A stretch of 64,000 nucleotides of DNA from Octopus sinensis (lineage: Eukaryota), in contig NC_043001.1 of the NCBI RefSeq assembly GCF_006345805.1, forward strand, positions 123,256,001 through 123,320,000, in the 5' to 3' direction. The notes under the pieces are model-generated. The model had not been told where the DNA came from. It did not search any database and saw only the letters and a program-made list of their open reading frames with translations. Shown one piece after another: positions 12,060 through 25,075 of the stretch; position 1 is the first letter of the stretch, and each line of letters starts with the position of its first letter. The position numbers and the translations under genes are program-made.

Positions 12060-13800
12060 AATCTTTACATCAACATCCCACATAACTAAGGAAGAGAAGC
12101 AATAAAATTCTGGCTGGGAAAGTAACCCATAGGACTTCTGGAACGCACAAACCAAGTCTTTATTGTTGAAACTTTAAAATTTATACTTCAGAACAATTAT
12201 TTCCTATTTGATGACACCTACTGTCGTCAAAAATGCGTAATTGCGATGGGAACGAAAGCAGCCCCCGTTCTTGCGAACTTAAGAATGGGTTATTTTGACT
12301 TCACCATATATAAAGTGTCACAGCAAAAATATGGATATCCATTTCACCATTATATAAGAGAGAACTAGGAATTCAAATCAATACTAAATAATGTAAATCC
12401 TAACATTCAATTCACAATGGAATATAGCACAGAACGGTTCCCTTTCTTGTACATTAGGATAAAAAAAGTAAACAACCAAATTATAACTGACATTTATCAG
12501 AAAACAACGGACACGAAGCAATATCTCCTGTTTGGCTCATGCTGCCCGAAACACATCAAAAGAATTATACCCTTTAATTTAGCAAAAAGGATTTGCGCAA
12601 CAGTGCCTGATAGAAATACTCAGGACCTTCGTCTTCGAGACCTTGGAACAACACTAATTGAAAGTCAATATCCACCTCACTTATAGACGATGGAATTAAG
12701 CGTGCTAAGAAATTAGACATTAAAACACTATGAGCAACAAAACGTAACATCACTCCTCATCTCAAAATACTGCTGTATATTTCAATTGACAACCCTAGAA
12801 ACAACGAGGCATACAACCTATTGTATAAAATATACATATGCTCTCTAGAGATCCAAAAATGAACAACATTCTGAAAACATAAATTCATCAAATGCAAAAG
12901 GCAACACAAATCGCTAAAAAAAAACTGCTAACAAATGCAAAGTTTTACTCAACCACGAAACCAACGGTTAAAAGATGTGGACGCCTAAACTGTGGAACAT
13001 GTCCCAACCTAGTGGAACATGTCCCAACCTAGTGGAACATGTCCCAACCTAGTGGAACACGCGGAGTTCCGATTCAAACGAGAAGAGAAGTTCATAATTA
13101 AAACCAACTTTCTCTAGTGCTTCCGAGAATCTAATTTATGTGATAACTTGCTCAGGTTGTGAATATAACTGTGTAGGACAGATAAGTATGACACTGAGAC
13201 GGATAACTATACTACATAAGGAACAGATCCACCTCCCGCAATACAGACAGATTCCATTGAGTGAACACAGAAAGAGATGTGCAGGTAATATCCAACGGAA
13301 CTTCACAGTTTTCCCCATCTACGATTGCAAAGAAACAATTTCTATACAAGAACGTTTTGAATAAAGAAAACCTGTTCATCGAAAAATACAGAACACATCT
13401 AAATATGAACGCATAACTATGATCTCAGTATATATTTTAATTCATGATCACATACCTATACATATTTCATATCACTACTTTAGAAAGATGAACAATTACC
13501 TCCCCTGTCCCCAATAATAACGATCATTAATTACCGCCCCTGATATTTTTCTACTTGTTGAATCATTCATTCATAAACTTCTCACACATCATGGAGTAAA
13601 ATCTTCTTAAGAAAATACGAAATTACAATGCTTTCAATGTATTAGTTAGCGAAAGGGAAACCGGTCGTCAAGCACAATATAAAATATATTTTTAAAAATA
13701 TTAAAACTATATAGTGTGTGCATTTTCCTTGTTTTATTATATATATATATTTTTGCATTACAACTCACCACGTGGTATAATCGAAATTCTCCCTTTTGAG
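12060..13800 (+). mobile_element. Penelope-like retroelement, 5'-truncated pseudogene (RT C-terminal half + GIY-YIG + 3' pLTR region)
   Basis: Translations NIPHN*GREAIKFWL, ILQNNYFLFDD..IAMGTKAAPVLANL.MGYF, TDIYQKTTDTKQYL..SC.PKH, and NLIYVITCSGC..CVGQ..HKEQI. Multiple stops and frameshifts; remnant gaaaccggtc at about 13657. Confidence 0.9.
12992..13059 (+). repeat. 20-bp tandem repeat (3.4 copies) inside the Penelope zinc-knuckle linker
   Basis: Unit gtggaacatgtcccaaccta repeated perfectly. Confidence 0.95.
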
Positions 13801-14345
13801 CTACTATATATATATATATATATGTTAATATAACCACGATGTCCCGGTAATCTGATCTAGCTTTCTTTATTTGTGTTAATTTGTGAATATACAGTGTGTT
13901 CATATGTTACCTTTACGATTTGAAATATTCATAAAAAGTTTTTAGGATGGTTCAATAGATTTTATTGGAAAACATGGAAACAACTAAAGTTTTATTACAA
14001 ACATCAGAACATTTCCACGTGAGCTCTACGAGTTGCACACAACCTGCTGGGTTATCCATTTTTTTCCTGAATTTTTCAAATTGTAAAGGTAGTCTATGGA
14101 CACCCTGTACAATTGCATTGTATAATGTTGATCATACATATTTAATGCGAATATGTACGCATTATTTCTTGCATAGTGAAATTTATACTACTAGAAGCAG
14201 GTTTCGAAACGTCCGTAACCGTAAAGAAGTCATGTGGTTAAATAAATACATATTAACCTCCTGATTTCATGCTTTTTATGTATATATATACATATATGAT
14301 AGATCGTTAGCTACTCCTTGTTTCTCTCCTTGTTTTTTTCTATGT

Positions 14346-14385
14346 ATCTTTCTGTCGAAGAGCGTAGGCTCAAAACGTAAAAGAT
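14346..14385 (+). ncRNA. Decayed minimal hammerhead motif in a short TA-flanked element (about 14300-14477)
   Basis: atcttt-CTGTCGA-a-gagc(gtag)gctc-AAAAC-GTA-aaagat. Perfect 6-bp stem I and 4-bp stem II, but two core deviations. Confidence 0.5.
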
Positions 14386-14485
14386 TTTTTCTATTCCTGA
14401 GCGCTATACTAATACATTTGTTTGTTTTTACTCCACCTGCCTTCGTCTTTTGTTTATTTTCGTAAATTTTCTCTTTATATGTATG

Positions 14486-14518
<33 letters not shown>

Positions 14519-14561
14519 TATATATTATATATATATATATATTATATATATATATATATAT

Positions 14562-14594
<33 letters not shown>

Positions 14595-14602
14595 CATACA
14601 CA

Positions 14603-14635
<33 letters not shown>

Positions 14636-14673
14636 GTACGTATGTTTGTATGTATATGTACATACAAACATAC

Positions 14674-14715
<42 letters not shown>

Positions 14716-16391
14716 ATATATATATATATGTATATATGTACGTATGTTTGTATGTATATGTACATTCAATAATCGATTAAAAAATTATTGTTGTGATTTT
14801 ACAGTCCAAGGTTAGCCCCAAATAAACCGATTCATAGTGAAAATATTTCACCCATGACCACTCTATATTTGTAGGTGATTATCTAGGAGCACATTACTTA
14901 ATGTATATTTTGTTTAAATGATACGAGTGAGATTAAGTCGCTATATCTTGCCGGTTGAGTGGCCGTATATCAACAGAAAATTTCCATAATTTGTTTTGTG
15001 TATAATCGAAACTGTGTATAACTAAATTCATAAAAAAGAAACCTAGGAGTTGACGATGCCTGTCCTATCGCTTTTGGGGTACGAATGTGTGTTTTGTTCG
15101 TAGACGAGATTACCTAAGTTTCAATTTGCTCAGTTCAACCAGATGTAAAGGGATACTATAGCGTAAAAACAACTAGCTCCTCTACGTAGCAGAAGCACTA
15201 TAACATTAGTTGATGAGAGTTTTTGCCAGATTATAGCATTGTAATCCAAGCTTATACTAGAGCAAAATAGACTTATTTATTCTAACTTGTCACAGTTTAC
15301 ATGATATGCAGATTGAGTCTTCATTGGTTTCCCTCGAAACTCGCCAAATAACTGAGCAGTTCGTTTTATTGATATATTTGTTTAAAAATATATGAAGTTA
15401 ATACATCCTACATTTGTCGTTTGAACTCTGAATACAAAAATATGAAGGTAAGAACTATAAGGCGTTTAGTTCGATGCTTTAGCTATTTGGTCATCTTTAT
15501 TGCCATTGAATCAGAACTATTAACATTTTCCATTTTACGTAGGTACGAAAACCATCAGATCTATAGCGTTAAAGTGGAAAATGAGAATATATTATTATTT
15601 AATGCTTTGTGAAAGATATTACAGTTCACACCATTAGTGCTATATGGAAAAGAAACGCAAAAACAATACAGAACAAGAATAAAAAAACAACAACATATAA
15701 GTGCTTTGCACAACGAAAACGATATATAAATACATTTCATATGGACAGAAAGTCAGAATAGAAGTTTGGTGGCTTTCATACTTTCCCAGAACCTTTTCAA
15801 TGTACACTATAATAAATAGCGATTCATCTCTTGCTATTCATATCCTGACGATGATGCCCATAATACTGATCAAAGCCTCATAGTATGTTTTTCATTGGTT
15901 GAATTAAATGACAATATTTTGTTCTTTTGAGTAAAAGGAAAAAAAGTATGGAGTTTACAGACAAAATATTCTCACAAGTGGAGATTCAATCATTTAGATT
16001 TAAATTAGAATCTAACGAGAAATGCTACATTCAGATTAATTAAAAGCTTATCCTGTCACAATCATCATCAGACATGAAGTTTTAAGAAGAATATCGCCGG
16101 GGAACTCCGGGTCATGACAACAATACGTCTTGTCTAGCGGCAGATCAACGATATGAAAAGATACTACCTGCACGATGAAGTAAAAGACGGGAAAGACTAT
16201 CGGGTCATTTGGCGTTGGATCTTTCAAGAAGACTTGAAGTCTGTTTGTAGTCACCCATTGAGATGAGTAGTAAAGCACTGTCACCACATGCGCATAGAAG
16301 GGATATATACACATACATATACATACAAACATGCACGTACACACACATATATATAAATAATAACACACACACACACACACACATTTATATC

Positions 16392-16803
16392 AGGAGTGGC
16401 TGTGTGGTAAGTAGCTTGCTAACCAAGCACATGGTTCCGGGTTCAGTCCCACTGCGTGGCATCTTGGGCAAGTGTCTTCTGCTATAGCCCCGGGCCGACC
16501 AATGCCTTGTGAGAGGATTTGGTAGACGGAAACTGAAAGAAGCCTGTCATATATATGTATATATATGTATGTATGTGTGTGTGTGTTTGTGTGTCTGTGT
16601 TTGTCCCCCTAGCATTGCTTGACAACCAATGCTGGTGTGCTTACGTCCCCGTCACTTAGCGGTTCGGCAAAAGAGACCGATAGAATAAGTACTGGGCTTA
16701 CAAAGAATAAGTCCCGGGGTCGATTTGCTCGACTAAAGGCGGTGCTCCAGCATGGCCGCAGTCAAATGACTGAAACAAGTAAAAGAGTAAAAGAGTAAAA
16801 GAT
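16392..16803 (+). mobile_element. tRNA-derived CORE-like SINE, family B (full length)
   Basis: aggagtggctgtgtggtaagtagcttgc...gggttcagtcccactgcgtggcatcttgggcaagtgtcttc; internal (TA/TG)n; tail (aagagtaa)n. Confidence 0.9.
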
Positions 16804-17049
16804 ATATATATATATTTCGAATTTGTGAAAATGTGTATTGAATAATATATCAGTTGAATAAAGTTAAAACTTGGTCTGATTTTCACGTTTTTTATTATGG
16901 CATTAAAAAAAAGTTTTTACAATGTTGAAGTGTGTGAAACCTAAAAAATATATTTTGTAATGTTTATGAAGTTCAGGTAGCGCTTTTATACGTTTGTAGT
17001 AGTCATTATATTTTAAAATGTACTTAACAGACAGTTAAGTTCATGACAA

Positions 17050-17717
17050 CTGTAGTAAAATGACTGATTTCTTCCTTTTTGTACCTCTTAGAAGGCTCCA
17101 TCAAGCTGAATTTTTAGAATACGGTTTTGACCAATCCGCATGCAGCTTAAACGACACGGTTTGAATGGCGTACCGATATTACTGGCATAGATCCCGTCAT
17201 CATTTTAACCAATTGCTTGGGGTTTACATGTAATGGGTTTTATGAGTGACCAAATTTAGTTGGTTTCAGTCGTTTTTATTTCAACTGGTGAGAGTCTTCA
17301 GTAATTTGGTTATATTCATATGTTAAAGATATTTTTTTAATCCACATCATTTACTAGTTGTTATATTATTGTTGTTATTTCCGTTCAGAACAGGTTTGAA
17401 CATTTTAATTAACCGTTTTTCTTTTATCTTCGTTCCAACCTGACTTATGCCATGTAGCTTGTACAAAGGAAAAATTAGAAACATTTTCTGATCACATGTT
17501 TCTATGTGTTCGCTCAACGGAATTTGGCGAACATTAGTGTTCCGGATTTGTTGACTAGTGAGCGTTCCGATAATGCATTCCCTGTCTCTCTAATATGTAG
17601 TTCCTCGCAATTCGGGCATTTAATGCAGTAGATCAAATTTCTGCTTTTGCAGTTCATATCTGCATTTGCGAAAATACGTCCATTTTTTTGTTCTAATGGA
17701 TCTATCAGTATGCGTAT

Positions 17718-17720
<3 letters not shown>
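17050..17720 (-). mobile_element. Penelope-like 3' fragment (GIY-YIG remnant + 3' region)
   Basis: Minus translation NCKSRNLIYCIKCPNCEELHIRETGNALSER matches the PLE GIY-YIG pattern (NLIY.I.C..C...YIGET). Confidence 0.85.
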
Positions 17721-17762
<42 letters not shown>

Positions 17763-17851
17763 AAGGATAAAATTGTTATTATAAAATAATAACGATATCA
17801 GTGAATAGCATGCTTTAAAACCGTAGAGGTAAAAATTAATATACATCTGTT

Positions 17852-18129
17852 ATCATATATGAATATATACCACTAGAATGAGGAGTACCGGGAAAAGTAC
17901 CAACAAGCTAGAAACAGAAGTCAAAACGACTCTAAACCACGTAAATCACTCATATGCAAAGGTGAAAGTGAGGAAGCGAGCATAAGTAGAATATTAGCGT
18001 ACCTTTTGTGAATAAAATTCACGTGCATATGAGTGATTTAAGTGGTTTAGAGTCGTTTTGACTTCTATTTCTAGCATGTAGGTACTTTTCCAGTACCATT
18101 CATTATATTTGTATATATTTATATATGAT
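17852..18129. repeat. Foldback inverted repeat (about 105-bp arms, 65-bp spacer)
   Basis: 17852-17958 is the reverse complement of 18024-18129 (e.g. gaagtcaaaacgactctaaaccac / gtggtttagagtcgttttgacttc), roughly 85% identity by eye. Confidence 0.9.
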
Positions 18130-18196
18130 TCTAAACTTATACATATATGTGTGTGTTAAAATACATACATACATACATACATATACATACATACAT

Positions 18197-18229
<33 letters not shown>

Positions 18230-18609
18230 TATATATATTCATACACACACACACACACATATATATATATAAACACACACATACATAAAATAATGCTGAT
18301 AATACTGTGACGATGACACCACTAAAACTCGAATGCTATCACCCATTTCTAAAATGTCAGCGAATAAATGGATATGATTAGGATAAACTGACATCTATCG
18401 GTAAAATATGGTTGCTTGTACTAGTTGATATTACATACACAGATGTATGTATGCATACATACATACATGCATACAGATATACGTACACATGCATACATTA
18501 CGCACATTTATACATATATACACATACATTACATTTAAATACAATATATTTATATACACACCTACGCACACTACAAGCATTCATAAACCATAGATGTCAC
18601 ATGTAAATG

Positions 18610-19052
18610 TGACCTGGTAGCTTGTACCATATTTTCGCTAATTAACGCTCTAGATCGTTGATTTCGATAAAAAATTAGCAAAACCATTTAAAAAGTGCAA
18701 CTATTTTTAAGGGATTGTCATCAGTTATTTAGTACAATCTAGTCTATTCAATTAGTACTTGTTCTCTCGGACTAAATTTAAAAGGAGATTACAGAACGTA
18801 TGTATGTCGGTTTGTTAATGAATGAAACTTCTAATGTAAGTCCCTATCTCAATTTTCATCTGTAATGTGCTACGTTGACAGAAATGGACAACTTTGTAAA
18901 AGATTCCTTGGTTTTACTGATGTTAGTGAAATACTATTTCGGATTTAGCTAGAAAGAATTTAGATGAATTTGGCTGTTTAAAAAAAGAGAAAAATATGGT
19001 TTTCATACGAGGACGGCTGTCATGGCTAGTGATCTTAATGGTGATCAGCCAA

Positions 19053-19125
<73 letters not shown>

Positions 19126-20415
19126 AGAGACTCTACTATGCTTATAAGCTTAATCGTATTTGAAGCCAAGATGTTTCTTACATTCCTGAGTACAATAATT
19201 TTTGTTTCCTCTATTAAGTAGTATAGCATCATCTTTAGCAGCACCACAAAGTAAACTTCTTTGCTTGATGATTTTGTGGAAAAACGCTTCCCAAATCTTG
19301 CTCCAACACAATGGAACTATTCATCTCGATTGGTTGCAACTGGTCGAGAGAAATTAGAAGACATAAAACATTCTATTTGATGCTATTCTAAAGAATCCAA
19401 AAAGTTCTGATGATAAAACGAAAATTGGTATAAAATAATTTTCAGCGGGTTTTAAAACAATTTAATTTTTTTCATTAGAAGAAATCGCTTGCATTTTCCC
19501 ATCTACTGAACATCTTTTTAAGGTATTGCAAGTAAAACCTATGGATATCGTTTTTATGTTGAAAGAACTCCTTACAATGTTCAAGAAATTAGGGAATCTA
19601 AATATGATGACATTTGGACTAGTGGAAGAAAAGCGTAATCTTTGAGAAAAAGAACGAATCTTTCACATGAAGAAAAAAAACTTTCCTCTGAAATACTGGA
19701 TTATATCATTGTCCAAATGAAGGCAGCGAGCTGGAAGAATCATTAGCAAACCGGGCGCAATACTTAACGGCATTTCGCCCGTCTTCGTGTTCTGTGTTCA
19801 AATTCCACTGAGTTCGACTTTACCTTTCACCCTTTCGGGGTCGATAATATGAGTACCGGTCGATCACTGGAGTCGATGTCATCGACTTAGCCCCCTCCCC
19901 CAAAATTTCAGGCCCTGTACCCAGAGTACAAAGGGTTATTGTCCAAATGAAAGTGATTAAGTCATTAAAAAATCTGAATTCTATGGAAGTACTAGACTTA
20001 GAGAGTGCCTCCCAATTTCTAAATAATAGCTAGTGTTTATGTTTCTGATTTTGCCAGTTTTCAGGTCGGAATTAACTGCTTTGTATTTTTGGAATGTTTT
20101 CGCCAATTTGAGTTTCTTAAATATCTGCTAGAAAACGAAATGCATGAAGGTCTTCCACAATTAATCAATTTGATCTTAACTTTACTAATTTCATCCTCGT
20201 TTATTGAGCGTCTTTTCTTGTACTTAAAAAAGACTGAAAACTTATCTGTGTAGTACCGTACCTGAAGTCACGAAAGGCTATCGAACCTCGCAATACTTTC
20301 AATTGAAGAAAACCAATACGAAGTAAATAATGGAGAAGCAGGAAGATTTTATTCCTTTGTCACAGAAGTTCGCCCAAAAGCCCGCAGAACAGCGTTTCAC
20401 TTCAAGTAAATAATT
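18610..20415 (+). pseudogene. Fossil hAT-superfamily transposase (ZMYM1-like type), interrupted by (GA)n and a SINE
   Basis: Frameshifted motifs HLKSATIFKGLS, NETSNVS..SQFS.V.CYVDRNG..KRFLGFTDVS, RFPNLAPTQWNYSSRLV, EHLFKVLQVKPMDI, and C-terminal dimerisation domain IERLF..LK...HERLSNLAILSIE. Confidence 0.85.
19722..19937 (+). mobile_element. SINE family A with 14-bp TSD, inserted in the hAT fossil
   Basis: TSD attgtccaaatgaa at 19708-19721 and 19938-19951. Confidence 0.9.
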
Positions 20416-20671
20416 TTACCGAATTTTCATAGACAAGCTTAATACGCATTCAACATGCGAAGCCATTGTGAAATAATGCAACGTGCAGTAATTTTGCATC
20501 AAGATATAAGATTGGGTGCAACTAACACATTTGATCTTCATATACATATTTCATGTTTATGAGAACTAGCTTGAACAAAAACAAACATACATGCTGTATG
20601 CGTTCTACTTAAGTTATATCGTTTTTAAAATTGCATGATCTGGTTTAATTATCAGCCGTCACCATTGATAT

Positions 20672-20877
20672 ATGGCACAAAACTTAACAATTTTGTGGGG
20701 ACAGCAAGTTGATGACTTCGACACCAGTGCTTGACTGGTACTTCATTTTATTGACCCCGAATGAAAGATAGACAAAGTTAACCTCGGAGGCATTTGAACT
20801 TAGAGCGTAAAGAACCGGAATATATACCACTAAGCATTTTGTTCAGCGCGGTAACGATTCTGCAAGCACGCCGCCCC
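20672..20877 (-). mobile_element. SINE family A (diverged)
   Basis: Matches the family A consensus in reverse, followed by (AAT)n. Confidence 0.8.
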
Positions 20878-20908
20878 ACTAAATAATAATATAATAATAA
20901 TAATAATA

Positions 20909-20948
<40 letters not shown>

Positions 20949-21230
20949 TTATTTTTTTATTAGCCACAAGGCCTCACAAACAATAACATTAAAGGTAATG
21001 TAACAACATAAAAGACAAAAACGGGACGATACAATGAGTTTTCCGCGTGTAAACAAAATAAATAACAATTAAAATTGAACGAATTAAAACTCCTAATAGG
21101 GTGGGGGGCGCTTTAATGTCCTCGTGGAAAGACCCACAAAAACCACGGGTGCCTGATCAACAGGGCAAGAGCCCTTCTCCTTTAGTTCCCTTTTTTACAC
21201 GTGCACGCTTACATTTGGCCCCTTCACACT

Positions 21231-21262
<32 letters not shown>

Positions 21263-21263
<1 letters not shown>

Positions 21264-21472
21264 ACCTTTCTACTAAAAGTACAAGTCCTGAAATTTAGGG
21301 GGGACTAGTCGATTTCAGCGACCCCAGTTTCACTGCTATTTAATTTATCGACACCGATAGGACGAATAGCAAAGTCGACCTCAGCAGAATTTGAACTCAG
21401 GATGTACCGACGGGCGATATACTGCTAAGCATTTCGACCGGCGTGCTAACGATTCTGCCAGCTCGCCGCCTT
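21263..21472 (-). mobile_element. SINE family A
   Basis: Ends gattctgccagctcgccgcctt, the reverse complement of the tRNA-like head. Confidence 0.85.
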
Positions 21473-21774
21473 GAAAAAAAAAACAAAACAAAACCCCCAA
21501 AAAACGCATTTATATACATAAACTCGTGCAAAGGCTGAATATTGATGTAGCCAAATCCCTGCACTGAATATAGAAAGATACACACGCACTTTCTGTCTGT
21601 CTGTCTGTCTCTCTCTCTCTCACGTCATATGATGTATGTATCTCTTTAGAAGACTAATTTTCTAGAAATATTTTCAATAAGCATATTCAGCAAGTCACAT
21701 GCTTTATGCATTTATCCTAACGAATCTCTCTCCCCTTCTTTCATTCATTGCTTTCATTGTGTATACACACACAC

Positions 21775-21840
<66 letters not shown>

Positions 21841-22339
21841 GTATATGCATTTGTGTATACAAACGTCAAAAGAGAAAAAAGTACTCAATACCTTTATAGG
21901 TTATATTCAGTTATATGAATAGCTGCACAAATGTTGACAGGTACACGCGCTCATACACATGCATAAACAAATACTTTGCGTATAAAAAAAACGTACACAT
22001 ACGTGTCTCTCCTGCCACCACCTCTCTCTCTCTGTCTCTCTCTCTCACACACACACACGCAAACATATATACGTAGTTTTTTATGACATTTTCCAAGACA
22101 GTTCAATAAGTAATGGATTTTTAGAGAACGTTAGATCAAGCATATTGAAAGTGATTCTGATAATTCTCAGTATATGGTATAATCAGATTCTATTACGTAC
22201 AAACTCTTGAAACAGCAATGATATCGCAGGAGAAAACAAAATTCAAAATACAAAATAAATCGAAGCAAAAAAAATAATGGCATTAACAATAAGATTTTTG
22301 TATGAAATTTGTTGTAAAATTCCCAAGGAATTGAAATTG

Positions 22340-22465
22340 CATAAGAATATTTCCAATGAGATTTGTCGAATCATGCGAAGCACATCAATTTCTTTCAGCA
22401 CTTTGGATAAACGAATTGTCACCAATGATGGTAAATGGATGATTTTTGCAAAAGTGGTGGTGTAA
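22340..22465 (+). mobile_element. Possible Tc1/mariner transposase remnant
   Basis: Translation ...STLDKRIVTNDGKWMIF resembles the mariner FL.RIVT.DEKW motif; short and degenerate. Confidence 0.3.
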
Positions 22466-22740
22466 AGCTTCTGTGCGTGTGCATGTATAAATACACGGAT
22501 TTATGAATCCAAACATTCACATATGCATTCATGTAAGGTACGTACAAATGACGTATGTATGCATAAAAGTGTGGGTGTAAGTTTATGTGCGTGTGAGTGT
22601 ATGTATGGATTTATGAATCCAAACCTTCATATATCCTTTCACGTAAAGAACGTACGAATGATGTATGCATGCATGTATGTATTTATGTATGCATGCGTGT
22701 GTATGTATGCATGCGTATGTATGTATGCATAAAAGTATGT
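22460..22740 (+). repeat. Diverged ~110-bp tandem duplication
   Basis: ggatttatgaatccaaac.ttca.atat.c.ttca.gtaa occurs at about 22497 and 22607, each with a similar gcataaaagt end. Confidence 0.7.
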
Positions 22741-22957
22741 ATATACGTTAACGTGTTTGTGTGATTATACATAATTTTTATAACGATATATTTACTCATA
22801 CATTCATACATAAAACACATACGATCACGTACAAATACATATACACACAAATACATACACACACATACACATACGCACACATACACAAGTATACATATCT
22901 ACCTGTCTGTCTATCTATCTATCTATCTATCTATCTATATATATATATATATCTATC

Positions 22958-23036
<79 letters not shown>

Positions 23037-23684
23037 AATCTATCTATCTATCTGATCGAAAGGTAAAGAAGCATTCTCCGCAAATACGACATCCTGGTTT
23101 CCATCTCGTTCTGTAGCACCTTAGGCGCAATGTCATTTTTTGACAGCATCATTGCTATATTTCTTCCCACTCTTTGCGTTCTGATTTCAAATGCCACAGT
23201 ACCCTACTTGGGTGGCAGACTTAATTTACCGCACGGTTTCGCTCCAAACATGGCCCCTGGGCGCCGTTAGTGAACTCCACTCATTTGCAAACATGCAAAC
23301 CAAATTTTCGGTGAAAGGATACCAGAATACCCCCGCCTGTGTTGTCATGTCTATTCAGAGATTCCATGAAACACTCATGGCTGCTACACTTTCTCTTGTC
23401 TTAACTACTTACCAATATATATATATATATATGCATATATATATATGTGATACAAAATACAAAAATAATCGTGGTGTTCACATACCCACACACACGCGCA
23501 CACATATTTATATACATGAATATGTGTATATTTGTGTGTGTATTTGTGTGTGTATATATATATATATAATTATATGTATATACATATATATAATATAATA
23601 TGTAGTATATAATAATAATAATAATAATAATAATATAATAATAATAATAATAATAATAATATAATAATAATAATAATAATAATA

Positions 23685-23721
<37 letters not shown>

Positions 23722-23731
23722 AATAATAATA

Positions 23732-23772
<41 letters not shown>

Positions 23773-24087
23773 TAATATATAATATAATATGAAATAATAT
23801 AATATAATATAATATAATATAATATGATATAATGTAATATATAGATGTTTTCAAGAAACAACTTTACCTCTTGCTATCCAAGGTCCCGGATGAAACATTA
23901 TCAAGGCAAGAGACTGAAAAGAAGGCAGCAGTGTCAAACTCGCTCTTTCATCAAAAGCCAATCACATAAAATTAGCCATTGACAAGGTGATTACCCTGGT
24001 AGTGCCCCAGCGTGACTACAGCCTTTGGGCTGAAACGTATAAAAGAATGGATAAAAGAAAGAATTTATGTAAACACATATATATATT

Positions 24088-24410
24088 GTGACGTATATTT
24101 GCCATTTGAATATGGCTAACCCCTAAGGGTGGATGCTACTGTAGTTTGTAGCCCCAGGAAGACACCTCCTCCAGCTGGCTATAGACACACTTTCTGTGCC
24201 CTATCAGTATCTGTGAAGGGAAGTCATCATTCCCGTCTTCAACTTATGATACACACGGACTCGAGGTTCAAGGTATTGACCTTTCATCGGCGTGTGACAA
24301 TCATAGTTGTCGACGAGAAGTCAGTTCCCCTCACAAATACATGGGCTACAAACTACAGTACCATCCACCCTTAGGGGGTTAGCCATATTCAAATGGCAAA
24401 TATACGTCAC
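24088..24410. mobile_element. MITE with ~67-bp near-perfect TIRs
   Basis: gtgacgtatatttgccatttgaatatggctaaccc...gtagtttgtagccc (24088-24154) versus its reverse complement at 24343-24410. An inner 16-bp inverted match continues after an insertion. Confidence 0.9.
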
Positions 24411-24575
24411 GATGTGTTGCCGCTACTGTTTATAACTCGCTCTGAGATTTATCATCATATATATATTCTTTTATATATATATATAACAGTATATATATTT
24501 ATATATAATTACTACTTTATATCTATATATATATATGGGTATGAGTAAGTATCTCATTTACTTCTTTGCCACATG

Positions 24576-24629
24576 TATCACTGATGAAGGGAGGGTTCTT
24601 TTTGAACTAACCCTGAAATCGGTCCGATA
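24576..24629 (+). ncRNA. Type I hammerhead motif (near complete) in a TA-flanked element (24537-24780)
   Basis: tatca-CTGATGA-agggagggttc(tttt)tgaactaaccct-GAAA-tcg-GTC-cgata. One mismatch at the base of stem I; the sister copy at 50292 has the pairing tatcg. Confidence 0.65.
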
Positions 24630-24777
24630 TGGTAATAATGGAATTTTTTTAGAGATATCTGTCGACCTTTTTCGAGTAGCGTGCGTACTGGGAAAAAATT
24701 ATATGGTAAATGGACAATATGTCCAATTTTCGGCATATTTGGCATTAGAAATTTTTTCGTTTGCCCTTATTTATAAG

Positions 24778-24817
<40 letters not shown>

Positions 24818-25075
24818 TATATATATATAATATATATATATATATATAGATATATATAGATATATATATATATGCATACAAATGTATATAAACACTGTTA
24901 TATTGTTCTATTAATGACTACAAGCACGTACACACTTCGGTCTATATTTCCCTTTATTTAACCAAAAAGTTTCACTATAAAATCTCTGTGGCCTTCTCAG
25001 TGGATAAAGATTATCTAAACAATTAGTTTTTGTGGTTGCGAGATTTCCAACACGCATCTTATACACATCGGTAAT

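Noticed and set aside
12992-13059. 20-bp direct repeats as a CRISPR-like array
   Set aside because: The units are contiguous with no spacers and lie inside a eukaryotic retroelement.
15114-15155. Minus-strand 42-nt segment with acceptable acceptor and donor (IPLHLVELSKLKL)
   Set aside because: Its only open frame is phase 2/2 and cannot join the phase-1 exon at 11895; no other support.
16048-16280. GC-richer ORF region (LQVFLKDPTPNDPIVFP... on minus; MKRYYLHDEVKDGKDY... on plus)
   Set aside because: No recognisable domain, splice phases do not fit the host exon, and the length is within chance expectation.
19406-19425. CTGATGAtaaaacGAAA inside the hAT fossil
   Set aside because: No stem II or stem I pairing; chance match in decayed coding sequence.
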